Assembly (NCBI GenBank): GCA_002633005.1
Contig: NMRA01000072.1
Span: 28,973 to 92,972 of the forward strand
Source of the DNA: Phoronis australis
Taxonomy: Eukaryota; Animalia; Phoronida
Length of the DNA stretch: 64,000 nt
Direction of reading: 5' to 3'
Position 1 is the first letter of the stretch, and each line of letters starts with the position of its first letter. The notes below the pieces were generated by a model. That model was not told the origin of the DNA. It did not search any database and saw only the letters and a list, made by a program, of their open reading frames with translations. The position numbers and the translations under genes are program-made. Positions 14,561-26,975 of the stretch are shown one piece after another.

Positions 14561-16411
14561 AAGTGTTGGTACACTTTTCACATGAATAATTATGTTCAAA
14601 CCACCACTGCCAGTAAACTTGTAACCATTCCCGTCCGGAATCATTTTTAGAAACTGTTTGCAGTTAAATTAGAGTACCCTCTCTGTGTGAATTTTTGAAG
14701 AATGAATACATACTCTGCTATGTAATACGCATTGTTTGAGCTTTACTTCCTTGCGAAGAATCGCAAATTTCTCTTCTTGTGTTGTCAGTTGATAAGGGAA
14801 ATGTGATACGGTATGTCTTGCCAAGGAATGGTCTTTTGGAGAGTAAGGGAAAAATCGACGAAGACACAAGCACTAGACGGATCGTAATACGTGGAATTGG
14901 AAGCCAACGGAAAATGTTTTGATGTCAACAAAAATTCAAAGTGTGTACGAAGAAACCGTAAAAATACCTAGTGAACAGTTTGATTTCTGTTTCAGTGGCA
15001 GAAAACCAATTTGACCATTGCATTTTTGTATTTTTTGGAATTCTAGAGATCGTGAAAAATACTGAGTGTCCATGCATCCCCGTGAGAGATGTAAAAATGT
15101 TTATTTCAATATTTTGGTTCATTATTTTTTTAAGCTAGAGTATGATGAATATGAATATTATTATTGGTTCAAAATTGTTCATTCCGTGAAGTAGTTTAAA
15201 ACAGCTTTAATGAGCTTGAACGATAAAAAGATGTTTATGTAGACATTGACAATTTCTATCGAATAGACGATTTTTAACTTTCAAATTCGTTCCCATTAAA
15301 AATTATTGTAATGCAAAATTCGGTGAATTTTGCCTAATTTCGTGTATTGATTTTATAGCGATTTGTGAGGTGCTCTGGGGGCCAGTTTGCTGGGTGCTAG
15401 TGATTTCAAACAATATTTTCCATGATTTTGCTGTCCGACTAAGAAGATAAAAAAGAAAGTGTGCTTTTTATTTTTCCCAGCAAGAGGATATATAAAGGCA
15501 TGACGTCACGTTTTTAGCAGTCGTTGAGTACAGGCAGTATGCAGCTGTCTCCTCAAGCTCATCAGTTGACCTCCTTAATTTTTTTGCAAATATGTTCCTA
15601 TAGACTCTATTCACGCGGCGGACATTAAAATCCAAAGCGAGGCTCACAGCCATAAACAAAGTGGAAATTTACATAGCTTGAGTTAAATGCCGGTCTTTGG
15701 AGTCCAACCTGAATATTAAATCTTAAAAAATGTGTCAATAATTTACCACAGACACTTAGCAAAATACAATTAAAGAACAAGTCAATGCACCAAAGAGTTG
15801 TCTGACGAAAGGATATAGGTTTTTTTCCGGAAAACTGGGTTCAAAAAATGAAATGTAAACATGACCAAATTGCGGCGATCGTAGTCACGGATTAGGTATC
15901 ATGCTGAATGCAGGGTTACGTTTCTTCTAATAAATCCTTCATAAAAATGCTTTCTACACGAACGAGGTCATCTGGTCGTACTGTTGACGAGTTGAAGATA
16001 TATTTTACAGTGGTGGCTCATAGCATTTTGCTGCAGTGCAATTAGTCTCATCTGGTTTAATTAATCAAGAGTAGGCCTATTACTAGCTTCAAGCATAGCC
16101 TAGGTCCTGGTGAGGTAGGCACTATCAGGACTAACAATTGATTTGTCATTGATCTGAAATAATACTTGATGTTATTAAATATACATTTTGATTACGATAA
16201 AATAATAGGCTCGCAGTTGAAAATAAAAATTATATGACCATCAATTCTGCTTTCTTGGTTTTAATAATTACGTCTATTTCATGTGTTATATTTTTCAAAT
16301 ATCAATCTCGATCAAAGTTGAATATTAGAATTAAAACACCTAATTCTTTCGCCCAAAGCATAACCTCGTTTTAGAGCTCAATTTCAGTTCAATGGACAGA
16401 ACACCAGAACA

Positions 16412-16947
16412 CAGTGGCGGATTTAGAGTGGAGCCAAGGGGCTATGCCCCAGCCCCCCAAACTTCTACCACATTCCATTTGGAAAGGTGCCTCATGTGTG
16501 TGAGGCTTTCTGCGGCAACGTTTGGCCGAGTGACGGGTCATTGAAAACTCTACTGACCTCCCGATCACCATCAATAGCACCCCGCCCTTTTGCAAGCTCT
16601 CATAGCTCTGTGTCATGATTTTCAGTGGCTGATCTAGGATACCATATAGGCCTAGTGACCGTAGGGGCGGGGGGCCGACATCCTCGAAGAAGCAGCCGGG
16701 CAACTTGCGCGATTGTATGCACGCAGGCGGCCTGGAAGTTGCGGGCGCCGAGGATGTATACCTTCTGCTCAGGAAATATGTCGTTGGACTAAAAAAATAA
16801 AACGGAACGCGTTTTCCCCCTCGTCCGCTACCGGTCCTAGCTCGAACTCAGTACAAGTTTCCTCCAGCTTCACCTCGCGTTTTGCTGGTTTATTTTGCTT
16901 GCGGCAGTCAAAGGGGGGGCTGCCACCTCCCCCTAAATCCGCCTATG
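16412..16947. mobile_element. Non-autonomous DNA transposon (MITE), CAGTGGCGGATTTAG-type ends
   Basis: Inverted ends CAGTGGCGGATTTAG ... CTAAATCCGCCTATG around a GC-rich interior. Confidence 0.65.
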
Positions 16948-19224
16948 ATTTTGTACTTTTTCAAATTGTCACCTCCGTGGTCACAGGTGATTTGAACAGT
17001 TGGAGAAAAAATTTCAATCACAAAGGAGATTTTTCAGTAGGCCTCGTGGCTGGGAATTTCGCGTGATTTTTCAATATTTTCGAGAGGGAAATAGGGCCGA
17101 TATTTGGCCCCAAAATTGAGGGATTGAGGGCCCTGTCCTTTTTGTAAAGAAAAATGCATCGCGCTTCGTCATGAAAACACAGCCTGGCTGGCCGAAGATT
17201 CTCCGGTCCTCGTTATGGCGGTAACCCGGCAGTCCGAAATGCGCCAAATTATGATATGAAAACAGTTATAAATTTTACACGTACATATTTTCTTTCGTCG
17301 CGGCGTATGGCAAGAACCCAACGCTTCCAAATCCCAACATCCTTAGGGATTGTAATACAGAATTTCCGTATTTTTTCTAGTTGTTCCAGCAACGCGGAGT
17401 ACAACTACGCGGATAAGCTAACAGAGCTATCGTAGCGAGCCTCGTTTTGGAACGCACCTCCTGTTTGCGTGAATAGGTTCTATGGTGGTAAAATCGATCG
17501 ACGTCAATGTTTAAATATTTCGGCTACTGCCATTCCCCTGGTGGCAGCTTATTTAACTAGATTTCTTAGGTGGAACTTTATGAAATATGGCCAAAATCTT
17601 TCTGTCCAGGAAATGATGACATATGCACGAGTTGCCCACCAGTGACAGTTTTAGCATTTTTGAAACAGTTCATGTTTCTGGATCTGCCCGCGTTAGGTGC
17701 TAACTGACGTTGTGCTCCAGTAACGTCCAATTTATTACTTGACACTCATTACATGCAACATGGGAAGTCACTTCATTCTGAGTCTTGCCATTTCTATATG
17801 ATGCTAATCGTTAAACCGATAGCAACAAAATCTGAATGGTCATCTCTTAAAAACAAAAGGATGCTCGGAGTTCAAATTTACATGTATGTTGACTCCCCCT
17901 GTTACCTAGGTGGACTCGATGCATTGGAAATTGACTTTGCTAATTAAACGATTTTGTAATAAATTCAGTTAATTACAAACTACGAATTCGGATGACATTG
18001 CAAGAGAATGTTGAAATCATGAACGCGGCTTAGGGCGTGAAGGTCGTAATGACTGAACACAAGTTGTCACTGAATAATTAACGGAAGACATTGAAGCCGT
18101 CATCTCTAAGGACTTTGTCGTGTTTTTGTCCACTTCGGCAAATCAAGATTTTTAATATAAAGGCCTAGTTTTTGCGTGATGTTCAATGATGAATACGACT
18201 GCTTTTTAAAAATAATAAGACGTTTTGCGAGTTGATTTGTCATAGGTTCTGACAGGAAAGAGATTTTCAGGTATTTGAAGTGTTCATTAAAAATGCTTCA
18301 TTAAAATAGACCCAGGAGTTATTTTGCTATGAATGTACCTTTCTTAAAAACAAAATTATGACTTACAAAAGTATCGAGGTAGTCATAGTAAAGGTACATA
18401 CATGTAAAACATTTTTCTATTTCCTGATCTTTTTTTCAGAAAATATATACTTTTACTGGTTGAAAAAGCCTATTTTTTATCTGCGGGTTAGAAAGGAGAC
18501 CTCTTAATCAGGTGAAAATTGTTAGGTGGCATCATGGTGTGTATACATGTACGATTTGCAGTTGAAAATAATGACAGGTACCATTTCCAGCCAAATAATT
18601 GCAGGAAAAATCTAACAGTGCTTAACCAAAATCAAATCTGCGGCCCTTGCCCACAAACTTTCAGTTACCTGTTACGTTTTATTTTATGCTCTTCTCTGTA
18701 ATAGGCTTTGAGGATATTCTTTACTTTTGCGTTTTATATATTTTGTTACTTCGGGTCTCATTGCTGTAATTTTAGTAGAAAAAGCATGTGCTGAAGACGA
18801 ATTTACATTCGTTAGTCTTTCCTGGCCATGTAATCACTTTGCTTTTTAGGTGTGTTTCATGGTTTGGTAATTAGTGCTTTCTCTGTATATACATGAACAT
18901 TCCATTTCGATCCCTCAGTTCTCACACAATGTCATAAACCGAGAAAGATGCATGTGTGACTATGTTATGAGCCTAATTTAGTTTTCACAACAATGTATCT
19001 ATGACACTTAGAGAACTGGTTTTTCAATTGTTTCTAGTTCCTCTTATCATATAACGCTAGTGTATTTTGAGCAAGTTAATTTTACCTGCAATTTATCATT
19101 GTTAATGGAATGATAACAGAACTCTATTTTTGTTAAATGAACATCATTAAAGTAGTTACTATACTCCACTCTTGTTTAATTTATTGGAAGTCGAACACTT
19201 GTGTAATTGAGACTTATTGCTCTT

Positions 19225-19480
19225 GGGAAACTTCAACTTTTAAAAGTTAGTTCATTGAAAACTTAAGTTGTGAAAGCTTAAGTTTTTGAAAAACGTAAGT
19301 ATTTTGAAAAAGTTTTTGGAAAAAAATTAAGTTTTTGAAAACTTGAATTCTGAAAACTTAAGACCGTTCCAAAAAGCTTGTTCCAAAATACTTAAATGTT
19401 TGTCAAAATCTTATGCTTTTGTGATTAAAAGCTTACGTCTTTCAGGCTAAGAACTAAGATATTCCGATGAACTTAAAAAA
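19225..19480. repeat. Degenerate array of palindromic AAAACTTAAGTTTT units
   Basis: Many imperfect copies such as gaaaacttaagtt, aaagcttaagttttt, aaaattaagttttt. Confidence 0.6.
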
Positions 19481-21099
19481 TCATTTTGTAAGGGAGAGTA
19501 GATGTGTCTTTAAATTACGCTGTTACAATATTTGTGAAAATAATATAAAGCACTTTTAAACTCGTAATCTATGCCGCTGACAATAAGGTGCGAGTCAAAA
19601 TTTGCCACAAAGGTAATGATAACTTTGGAGCGCACCGTGCGATTGCGATTTCTGCATTTCCGACATCGACACCTTTCCTTCGGTGTGGGCGTTTGTCTTC
19701 ATAATTTTCGAGCTTTCCGTTTGTACATGTAAAGTCTCGAACCCTTAATTAAAATCAATTGCAGTATGAAAAAATCTCTGACATGGTCAGCTGTGAACAC
19801 TACATAATTTGCGTGAAATGTTATATGGATATGTCAGGCGCTATTAAGGTCACCCACGTTCAACAGTACGAAAAGTGCTTCTAGATTTATCTGTCCTGCC
19901 ACCTGGTGGATGCAGCGAAATCATTGTTTGAAATCTACTCATGTACTAATGAATCACTTTCTAATCCCATCATGCAATTTCTCTCAGTGTGCAATCTACC
20001 TATTGCTGTTTTCGGTATGCAAAAACGTGTCATTCTGTTCGTGAATCTTTAGTGGCCTAAAGATAAAAATTAAGAAACCAATACATCAACAAAGTTTATG
20101 CTCTTGATGTATATGAGAGACCCCTAGAAGGATGTTTCGATTTCTTTTGAAATTTTTGCAGAATGATTCTTAAAAATCTTAAATTGTCATTCCCATCAAA
20201 TTAGTGATTAAGTAAAATTATCATCCAATTTATTGAGTATAGAAATTCCTTGAACATGCGTAGACTAATTTTTGTGTTGAATTTATAATCTTTTTGGAAA
20301 TCACCTTCAGGTTAAATGGAAAACCCAACCTGGGAAACATGACAGACATTTTGAAATTGTAAACTACTCGTGGAATGCCTAACGGTTCATATGAAAAGGG
20401 CTTGCGCAATAACATTTCGGCATTTTTACAACGTAGTTGGAACACCTGTCAAAATTTTGTTGAGCTTTATCCAGAATTAGATCGGACTTTAGTCAAAAGT
20501 ATATGTAATTTCAGTTCATTTACCGGATTTTGTGTTATTTCCACGTTGTCTGTTTTAACATGTAGACCAATATAAGTGACGATTTTGAAAGCAGCCACAT
20601 AATTCTTGAGGGTTTAAAGCGTTCGATTTTGATTTTGAAATCTACATGGCGGGCACGTAGGCCATCTACAACTCTATTATGCTAATCAAACAACTAAGCT
20701 TCTTCACAACTGAGACGGATAGAGAACCTTTCATACACCTCGACAATGTCATTTCGCTTTGTAAAACGCGAAAAGAACGTATTGATGAAAATTCACCAAG
20801 CAAATGTTCGCCATTTGCTCCGTAATTTTGATCTCCTGAGTACTTGAGCTGGCGACTTGAGACGGTTAAAAGTGTATCGCGACAAAATCTGCCCGCACTC
20901 AGTTAAACACTCTTGTTTAGATTTCAGCGTTGTATGTGTTTGTTCTTGCCAATTACTTAATTTCATCATTGCAACTCAAAATACAATAATACAAAAATCC
21001 TTGCACTGCAAAGGATTACGTACTAATACGGGAGCGAGATATTGATAATTGCATTTGATTGTTTTAAGAAGCAATGTGAGTGAACATATATGTACATAC

Positions 21100-21240
21100 G
21101 ATGCATCGGGGATGAATACCTATAGTTGAGTGGACCGCTAGTTTCGTTTTCGTTAAATAGCCAAATCGCCTGCTGTGTATGACATAAGGGTACATAGGTA
21201 GACAAGACAGCGGTATCCAAATCATGACATCCGAAAACAT
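21100..21240 (-). CDS. Possible fourth exon of the ShKT gene (degenerate ShK-like module)
   Basis: Good acceptor (tctctttgaaccAG) at 21242-21241; phase-1 frame open: DVFGCHDLDTAVLSTYVPLCHTQQAIWLFNENETSGP. Only 2 of 6 Cys remain. The 3' boundary is uncertain (GT at 21119 or 21099, or stop at 21023). Confidence 0.4.
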
Positions 21241-21284
21241 CTGGTTCAAAGAGAATTGATAGAGATACAGATTACCATGAAAAG

Positions 21285-22736
21285 CTCTAAAACATTCTTA
21301 TATGCTGATGACACTGCAATATTCCACCCATTCTCAAAAGAGCATCACCATGACTCCTTACAATTGCAAACTGACCTTAACAAACTCTATGACTGGTCTC
21401 TCAAATGGAAGATGAAATTTAAACCTGAAAAAAGTGTTGATCTTATATTTTCTAAGTCTAATAATACTCATTTCCAAACAAATCCAACACTGGAATTATC
21501 ACTCAATGGGGAAGTTATCCCCAATAAGTTCACGCACAAACATCTTGGCTTGCTACTCGACCATAAGCTTACATTTACTCCTCATTGTCGCGAACTCGTT
21601 CAAAAAGTACAAAAATTAATTAATCCAATTAGAATTATCTCTCGTCATCTCAACTCCATGCATCTTGAAACTCTGTTCAAGTCTTTTGTACTTCCACATC
21701 TAGATTACTGTGACATAATCTACCAATCGGCAAACGCTGGCATACTTCTCCAATTAGAAAGACTACAATACCAAGCAGCTTTAGCCATAACTGGGGCATA
21801 CAAAGGGTCCAACACAATCAAGGTTCTAAATAGTCTTCACTGGAGCAAACTAGCAACCCGTCGTAAACTCCACCTGTCCATGTATACATTCAAAGTCTTA
21901 ACCAACATAAACAATTTCTCTAACAAAATCCTCTTTGACTCCTACAAAAGACCAAGCACGAGACCAGGACTCCGGCAAAGCAATATGTATACTATTCCAG
22001 CCTCCATCAGCCAAGCCTTTAGAAGATCAACGATATTAACTTGTATTGACAACTGGAATTCCTTACCATTCAAAATAAAAGAAAGCACTTCAATCGTCAC
22101 TCTCAAAAATAACTTTAAAATGCATACCACTACTCCAGACTTGCCAGTCCCATTGACATCATTCCAACTTCCCCGCAACCATGAAATAACCCTATACAGA
22201 TCAAGATGTGGTCTATTCCTAAACAACGAGAAATTTAGACATAATTTTAATAATATTTCGGCTCTGTGTTCCTGTGGAGATACCCAGACATATCCTCATG
22301 TTTTCTTTGCTTGTGAGGTATGCAAGGAGGAGAGGGTACAGCTCTTCCAGGCACTCGAACAATACCCCAATGTTTATAAAAAATACTCTGAAATTCCGCA
22401 ATTGTACAACAAAATTAATTTCTTTCTATATGGATGTCAAGAACTTAACTCAAACAAAAATATGGTTTTATTTGAAATAGTATAAGAATTTCTTTATAAC
22501 ATTAAATCTCTTTGTGTGAGTGGATAGAATTTCATACATCTGTATGAAAATAAATTATTTTCATTCGTTGTCATATATTATTGTATTCTTAACATCAGTT
22601 TTTATTTATGTATTTGTATATAATCATTGTATATAGACTTCTTTGTATTTTTTACCCATATCTAATGCCTCTTGGCGCTTTCTGGGTTATGTATATTCAT
22701 TGTATTCTGAAGATTTCGTAATAAACATTAAAAAAA
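21285..22736 (+). mobile_element. 5'-truncated CR1-group LINE with poly(A) tail, young, intronic and antisense to the ShKT gene
   Basis: About 400 uninterrupted codons from YADDT through KHLGLLLD, LDYCDIIY and CSCG..HVFFAC; AATAAA plus A tail 22720-22736; 9-bp TSD CATGAAAAG at 21276-21284 and 22737-22745. Confidence 0.9.
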
Positions 22737-22799
22737 CATGAAAAGTGCCAAAACAAACATACCGTGACCTCGAAAATTTCACAGCCTCCACATAATTGC

Positions 22800-22919
22800 C
22801 TTGGTCACAAAATCCGCACGTTTTCTTGCACAGCTTCAGCATCGACTCCGGTTCATGATCACAAAGTCCAGTCAACTTCTTTGCTTTACATACACTAGAT
22901 GTGTCTAGACACTCTTTAC
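22800..22919 (-). CDS. ShKT-domain exon 3 of a multi-ShKT protein
   Basis: Acceptor tttttgtcttAG; 120 nt, phase 1-1 if the GC donor (CAAG|GCAATT) is used; encodes KECLDTSSVCKAKKLTGLCDHEPESMLKLCKKTCGFCDQ with the canonical C-x3-C-x2-C end. Confidence 0.85.
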
Positions 22920-23531
22920 CTAAGACAAAAATATGACTAATCGTATGTATGCAAGAACTCAGTAGACATACTGTATTTGCCCCATTCTTCTGACGTCTTG
23001 AAAGTTTGCATTCAGTTTTGAAACTTAAAGGAGGTGGTGTTTCTTGACTACGATCGCCAAATCAGGTTATTCTGCAAGGGCAACTCATGTTTCCCAACTG
23101 CCCCCATTACGATAGGAAAAGTTCAATCTCTTCACAATAACAGCACAGGAGCACTGACCAGTATAACCGAGAACCTAAATGTTACCACTCCGTTGGTCAA
23201 CCCAGCGCAGACTGTAAACCATCATGTATATGAGCAGTTCAAGGTAGAAAATAAAATATTTTGAAACCAATGGAGTTGATGCACTCATTTCAAAACTGCA
23301 TGCACTAGACTTAGATTAACAAACACCATCATCGCCACAACCATAGTCATTGTCATTAAAGGAACAATATTAACGGCAGCAATGATGTCGTCACTACCAA
23401 AACCACCATCGCCAATAGCAAACTCATCAGCAGCAGCAACACCATACCCTTTTTGTTTTCTTGAGAAACACCTGAGTCATCATTATCATCGTGGCTAATA
23501 TTCGCTAAAAATAGACATTACAAAAGGTTAC

Positions 23532-23666
23532 CTTTATCTGCATCACCGCCACAACCGCTACAAGACCGGTAGCAGACAGCCCTGATATTCTCGGATGCCT
23601 CACATTTTCCCAAGACTTTACTGGACCAACATCTGTCATCTGATACCTGATTGACACATTCAGCTC
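23532..23666 (-). CDS. ShKT-domain exon 2
   Basis: AG acceptor 23668-23667, GT donor 23531-23530; 135 nt, phase 1-1; AECVNQVSDDRCWSSKVLGKCEASENIRAVCYRSCSGCGGDADK. Confidence 0.85.
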
Positions 23667-25404
23667 CTTGTTCGGTGAATGAAAATGGAAAGGTATACAA
23701 TGAGCTTCCGCGGTCTTACCGTAAAGCAATCATGTTTGGGGGAAAATATATTTCGATACTCGGTAGAGGACTACAATGTGGTAATCGCTGTTTCGCCGAT
23801 TTCGAAATTTATAAGTTCCATCGTATTCATTAACACGTTTTGAAAAGACAAATAACCGTTACTGCATGTAACTGACTTGATGATATGAGATCAGGGCCTT
23901 TAGTTTGTTCTCGAACTCGAAAAAACTTTGTCATATTCTAGTTTATTTCTGTACTCAATAGTACGCCATAGTAAATTAGACTCTTACAAAGTGCTAAAAA
24001 TAGACTCATTCTAGAAGAATATGCGAAATGTCCAGACGACAATGTTTTATCACAGCTCTTGCACTTTTAAGATGTTCAGATCATAGACTAATCAAAACTT
24101 GTAGACATTTGGATATAGCTAGATATCTGCGTTTCTGTTTTGTTTGTTCTGCCACTGTTGAGGATCAAAATAAGTTTGATTAGAGTTTAAGGTTTATGGA
24201 GATCTTGCGAGAAAGTTTGGTATTTGTCGCAACATTGATAACTTGAATGGCGATTCCTTCATTTATTTAATGAAATCTTACAACGTGTGAAACTTAGCTC
24301 GTGTTATTCCCTAAGTTTTTATCATGTATAGCTAATTTGAAGTTCACCATTGATGACCATCGATTTGCCCTACAATCTCAATTTATTAAAAACTCCAATT
24401 TTTGAGTTCAGACTCAACATTTTGACTTTAATGCCAGCTTTGACAAGTTCATACTAGGATTAGACCGTTTTTTATACTCGAGTGGTTATTCATAGACTCA
24501 TATATTAGATGTAAAGTGAAAAGAATATACCTCGGCAAGGACTTATGTACTTGAAATCGTAACTATTTTTTGACATCTTCTATTCTACCTTTGTGAGAAT
24601 TCAATATATTTAGAGGTCGAGTGGTACTACCATGTATGGTTTATGGAATGACTGTCTGATCTATGTTTGCACTTCGAGCACCCGCATTGTTAAACTTGCA
24701 GTTCGAGTCTGAACTAAAAAACTCGAATTTTTATTCAAAACCTCAAGTTTTTATCGTAGTTGATACTGTAGCTAAAATCTTTAAGGGTTACCAAGAAATT
24801 TAGACTAGACACTCCTGCCAGTAAAACATTATTTGTTCGATCACTGAATGATAAAGTTATCTCGAGATCGTACTAACATAGAACGGAATATGCCCCAAAC
24901 AAAGACGACCTTTATTATCAAGTACACGGATTAGTCGAGTGGCCCTGAACTTCTTGGACAAGTTCCATCAATGGCATTCTTTTGCTTTATAATTCATATG
25001 CCTTTAAACTTGTAGGAGTAACAATTTGAACGCTAACAGTTCAACTTATAACTGACTATAAACCCATGTTCCTTTCATCGAATGAATTCTCGGGCTGGAC
25101 CACTTATCGCTACGTAATGCACAACATGACCCGCCACGGCATCCCCGGCGAGTTGTACAACTAGATTGAAAAACAAAACGAATTGTCACTTCCTTCGAAT
25201 TCCGGCGGNGGCACCCCCCCCCCCTCCCTCCATTTAACCAAGAAACAATGTGGGATCAACTTTTCCACGACACGTGATCTAAATCACTTGTGGAACACAA
25301 ATACGTGCCGGAAATCAATTTTTTAAAGTTCAAACATATAATACTTGTCACTCAAACCCAGGTATTTATGAACAGCATGCATCAGAGTAGTTCACGCTCT
25401 TTAC

Positions 25405-25536
25405 CGTCATTGCCACATCCGCTACACATTTTGTAGCAATTCAAATTTGCCTTAATACGAACTCCGCAATGTGATACATATCTCCAACATTCCTCTTCGC
25501 TTAGCTTGTTAGAGCAATGATTTTCTGGTTCCCATT
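25405..25536 (-). CDS. ShKT-domain exon 1 (most 5' exon recognised; absent from the ORF track)
   Basis: Acceptor tttccttttAG, donor GTAAAG; 132 nt, phase 1-1; WEPENHCSNKLSEEECWRYVSHCGVRIKANLNCYKMCSGCGND. Confidence 0.85.
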
Positions 25537-25707
25537 CTAAAAGGAAACAAAGTACTTTTCAAAGAAGAAGTCTAATTATTATTTTTGCAAGTAACTCAAC
25601 CTGTTTGATTGAGGAAGTGTGAATCTAGTAGTCTGTACTCAAACTCAGTGCCAGTAACCATTCCTTTTGTTGAGCATACGTCATAACACGTTATAAAATA
25701 AGTTTAA

Positions 25708-26882
25708 AGGAGAATGCCACCCGATTTAATTAGTCTTTTTTGCCGTCTTAATCGGTCTATATCCACATCACCTCGCATACGGTCGACCTTACCTTACCAA
25801 GAGGTGTCGCGTTAACCTGTGAGGAAGGTGAGAAACGACGCTAACGACGTCAGTGGTTCATGTGCAGAGTGAATGCCGCTGTGTCGCGGTGCATCGTTCC
25901 TACGTGTCCGAACTAAGCAGCTGCGAGGAAAACGAATATGTCGTTTTTTACTTCCTCGAGAGTCCGAAATGCTTAGGAAGTGGCTCATGGTAGGGAAGAA
26001 TGAAATGTACGCTGTAAATAGCAAGTATGAGGCCGTGAAACATCTCCGTGTCTGTGGCCTGCAGACGTCGACAGTGCCCGACGAACGCCGGCTTACCAAA
26101 TAACTCCATACGTTCCGTTGTCGGATCTTGTTCACGGCGCCTCTCTAGTATTTCTTCATCACTGTATTCCTGTTCGATTTGATAGCCTGTAAAACTTAAC
26201 GATCCACCTGCGAAGTCGGGACTGATGAGCTCTAGCTCGTCCTANACGATCCACCTGCGAAGTCGGGACTGATGAGCTCTAGCTCGTCCTAAGTCGGGAT
26301 TGCGAGTTGCCATGTTGGCGTTAATTACTGAGCGTTCTGTTTCAAAATGAATTAATCTCACCCTGACCAATACTTATATAAAACTGAAACAAAGTCTGTC
26401 TCATTAGATGCAATTTGTAATGCCTTTGGAGTGTTCGTGAGTGCAAATGATTTGAGAAGCCAGCAATGAATAAATCACTGCGTTACCGGCTTTAGGTGCA
26501 ATAAAGCTAATTGACGGGACACCTAGGCCGTGTGAGTTCATGCTAATTTAGTGTTGCTGGCAGAAACTGTTGTGAAACAACTCGATTTCCATCCCACGGT
26601 CAGGTGTTAGGGGAATCTTTATTTACATTTACATTACTCAAATAATGATTGTCAATGTACAACTTCTAGCCTGACGTTGCTGTGGCCAAAGCGGAACCTG
26701 AATTTGCGACCCCCGACGAGTAAGTAGATTTGCAGTTTCGTGGCTAATTCACCAACATAATCAGGTGCACATTACTTTGGCTCACTAATATAATATTTTC
26801 TTGACTGGAAGTTTAGTTTCCACTGAACTTTGTCTGGTTTATATTCGTGATGTCTGATCAGTTTCCGAGCCACTGGCGGGGA
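25708..26882 (-). mobile_element. Non-autonomous Kolobok-type element, truncated, inverted relative to 30262-31923
   Basis: TTAA (25704-25707) then AGGAGAATGCCACCCG; reverse complement of 30801-31923 with scattered substitutions. Confidence 0.85.
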
Positions 26883-26967
26883 TACTCAAGGTCCTTTTGA
26901 AAACGTTTTCATTTGTCGCATAATTTGCCTTCTAACTTGTACACCTTCGGAGTATCGAGCGCTATCC

Positions 26968-26975
26968 TATTTATA
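26968..26975 (-). promoter_or_regulatory. Putative TATA box (TATAAATA), conserved at 28791-28798 and 34989-34996
   Basis: Invariant in three otherwise diverged copies, followed about 35 nt downstream by a conserved ACAAGT; this copy points toward the ShKT exons. Confidence 0.5.

Noticed and set aside
19225-19480. CRISPR-like array
   Set aside because: Units are short, degenerate and lack unique spacers; the context is eukaryotic and no cas genes are present.
25602-25664. 63-nt phase-1 micro-exon (MVTGTEFEYRLLDSHFLNQT) upstream of ShKT exon 1
   Set aside because: The frame fits but the acceptor lacks a pyrimidine tract and the donor GTTGAG is weak; unsupported without RNA data.
26222-26244. 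CTGATGAG plus a short stem resembling a hammerhead ribozyme core
   Set aside because: The stem is followed by GTCC, not the required GAAA, and no stems I/III were found.
26199-26291. 46-bp perfect tandem duplication
   Set aside because: Joined by a single N (26245) and absent from the homologous arm at ~31395-31445, so most likely a contig-overlap artefact.
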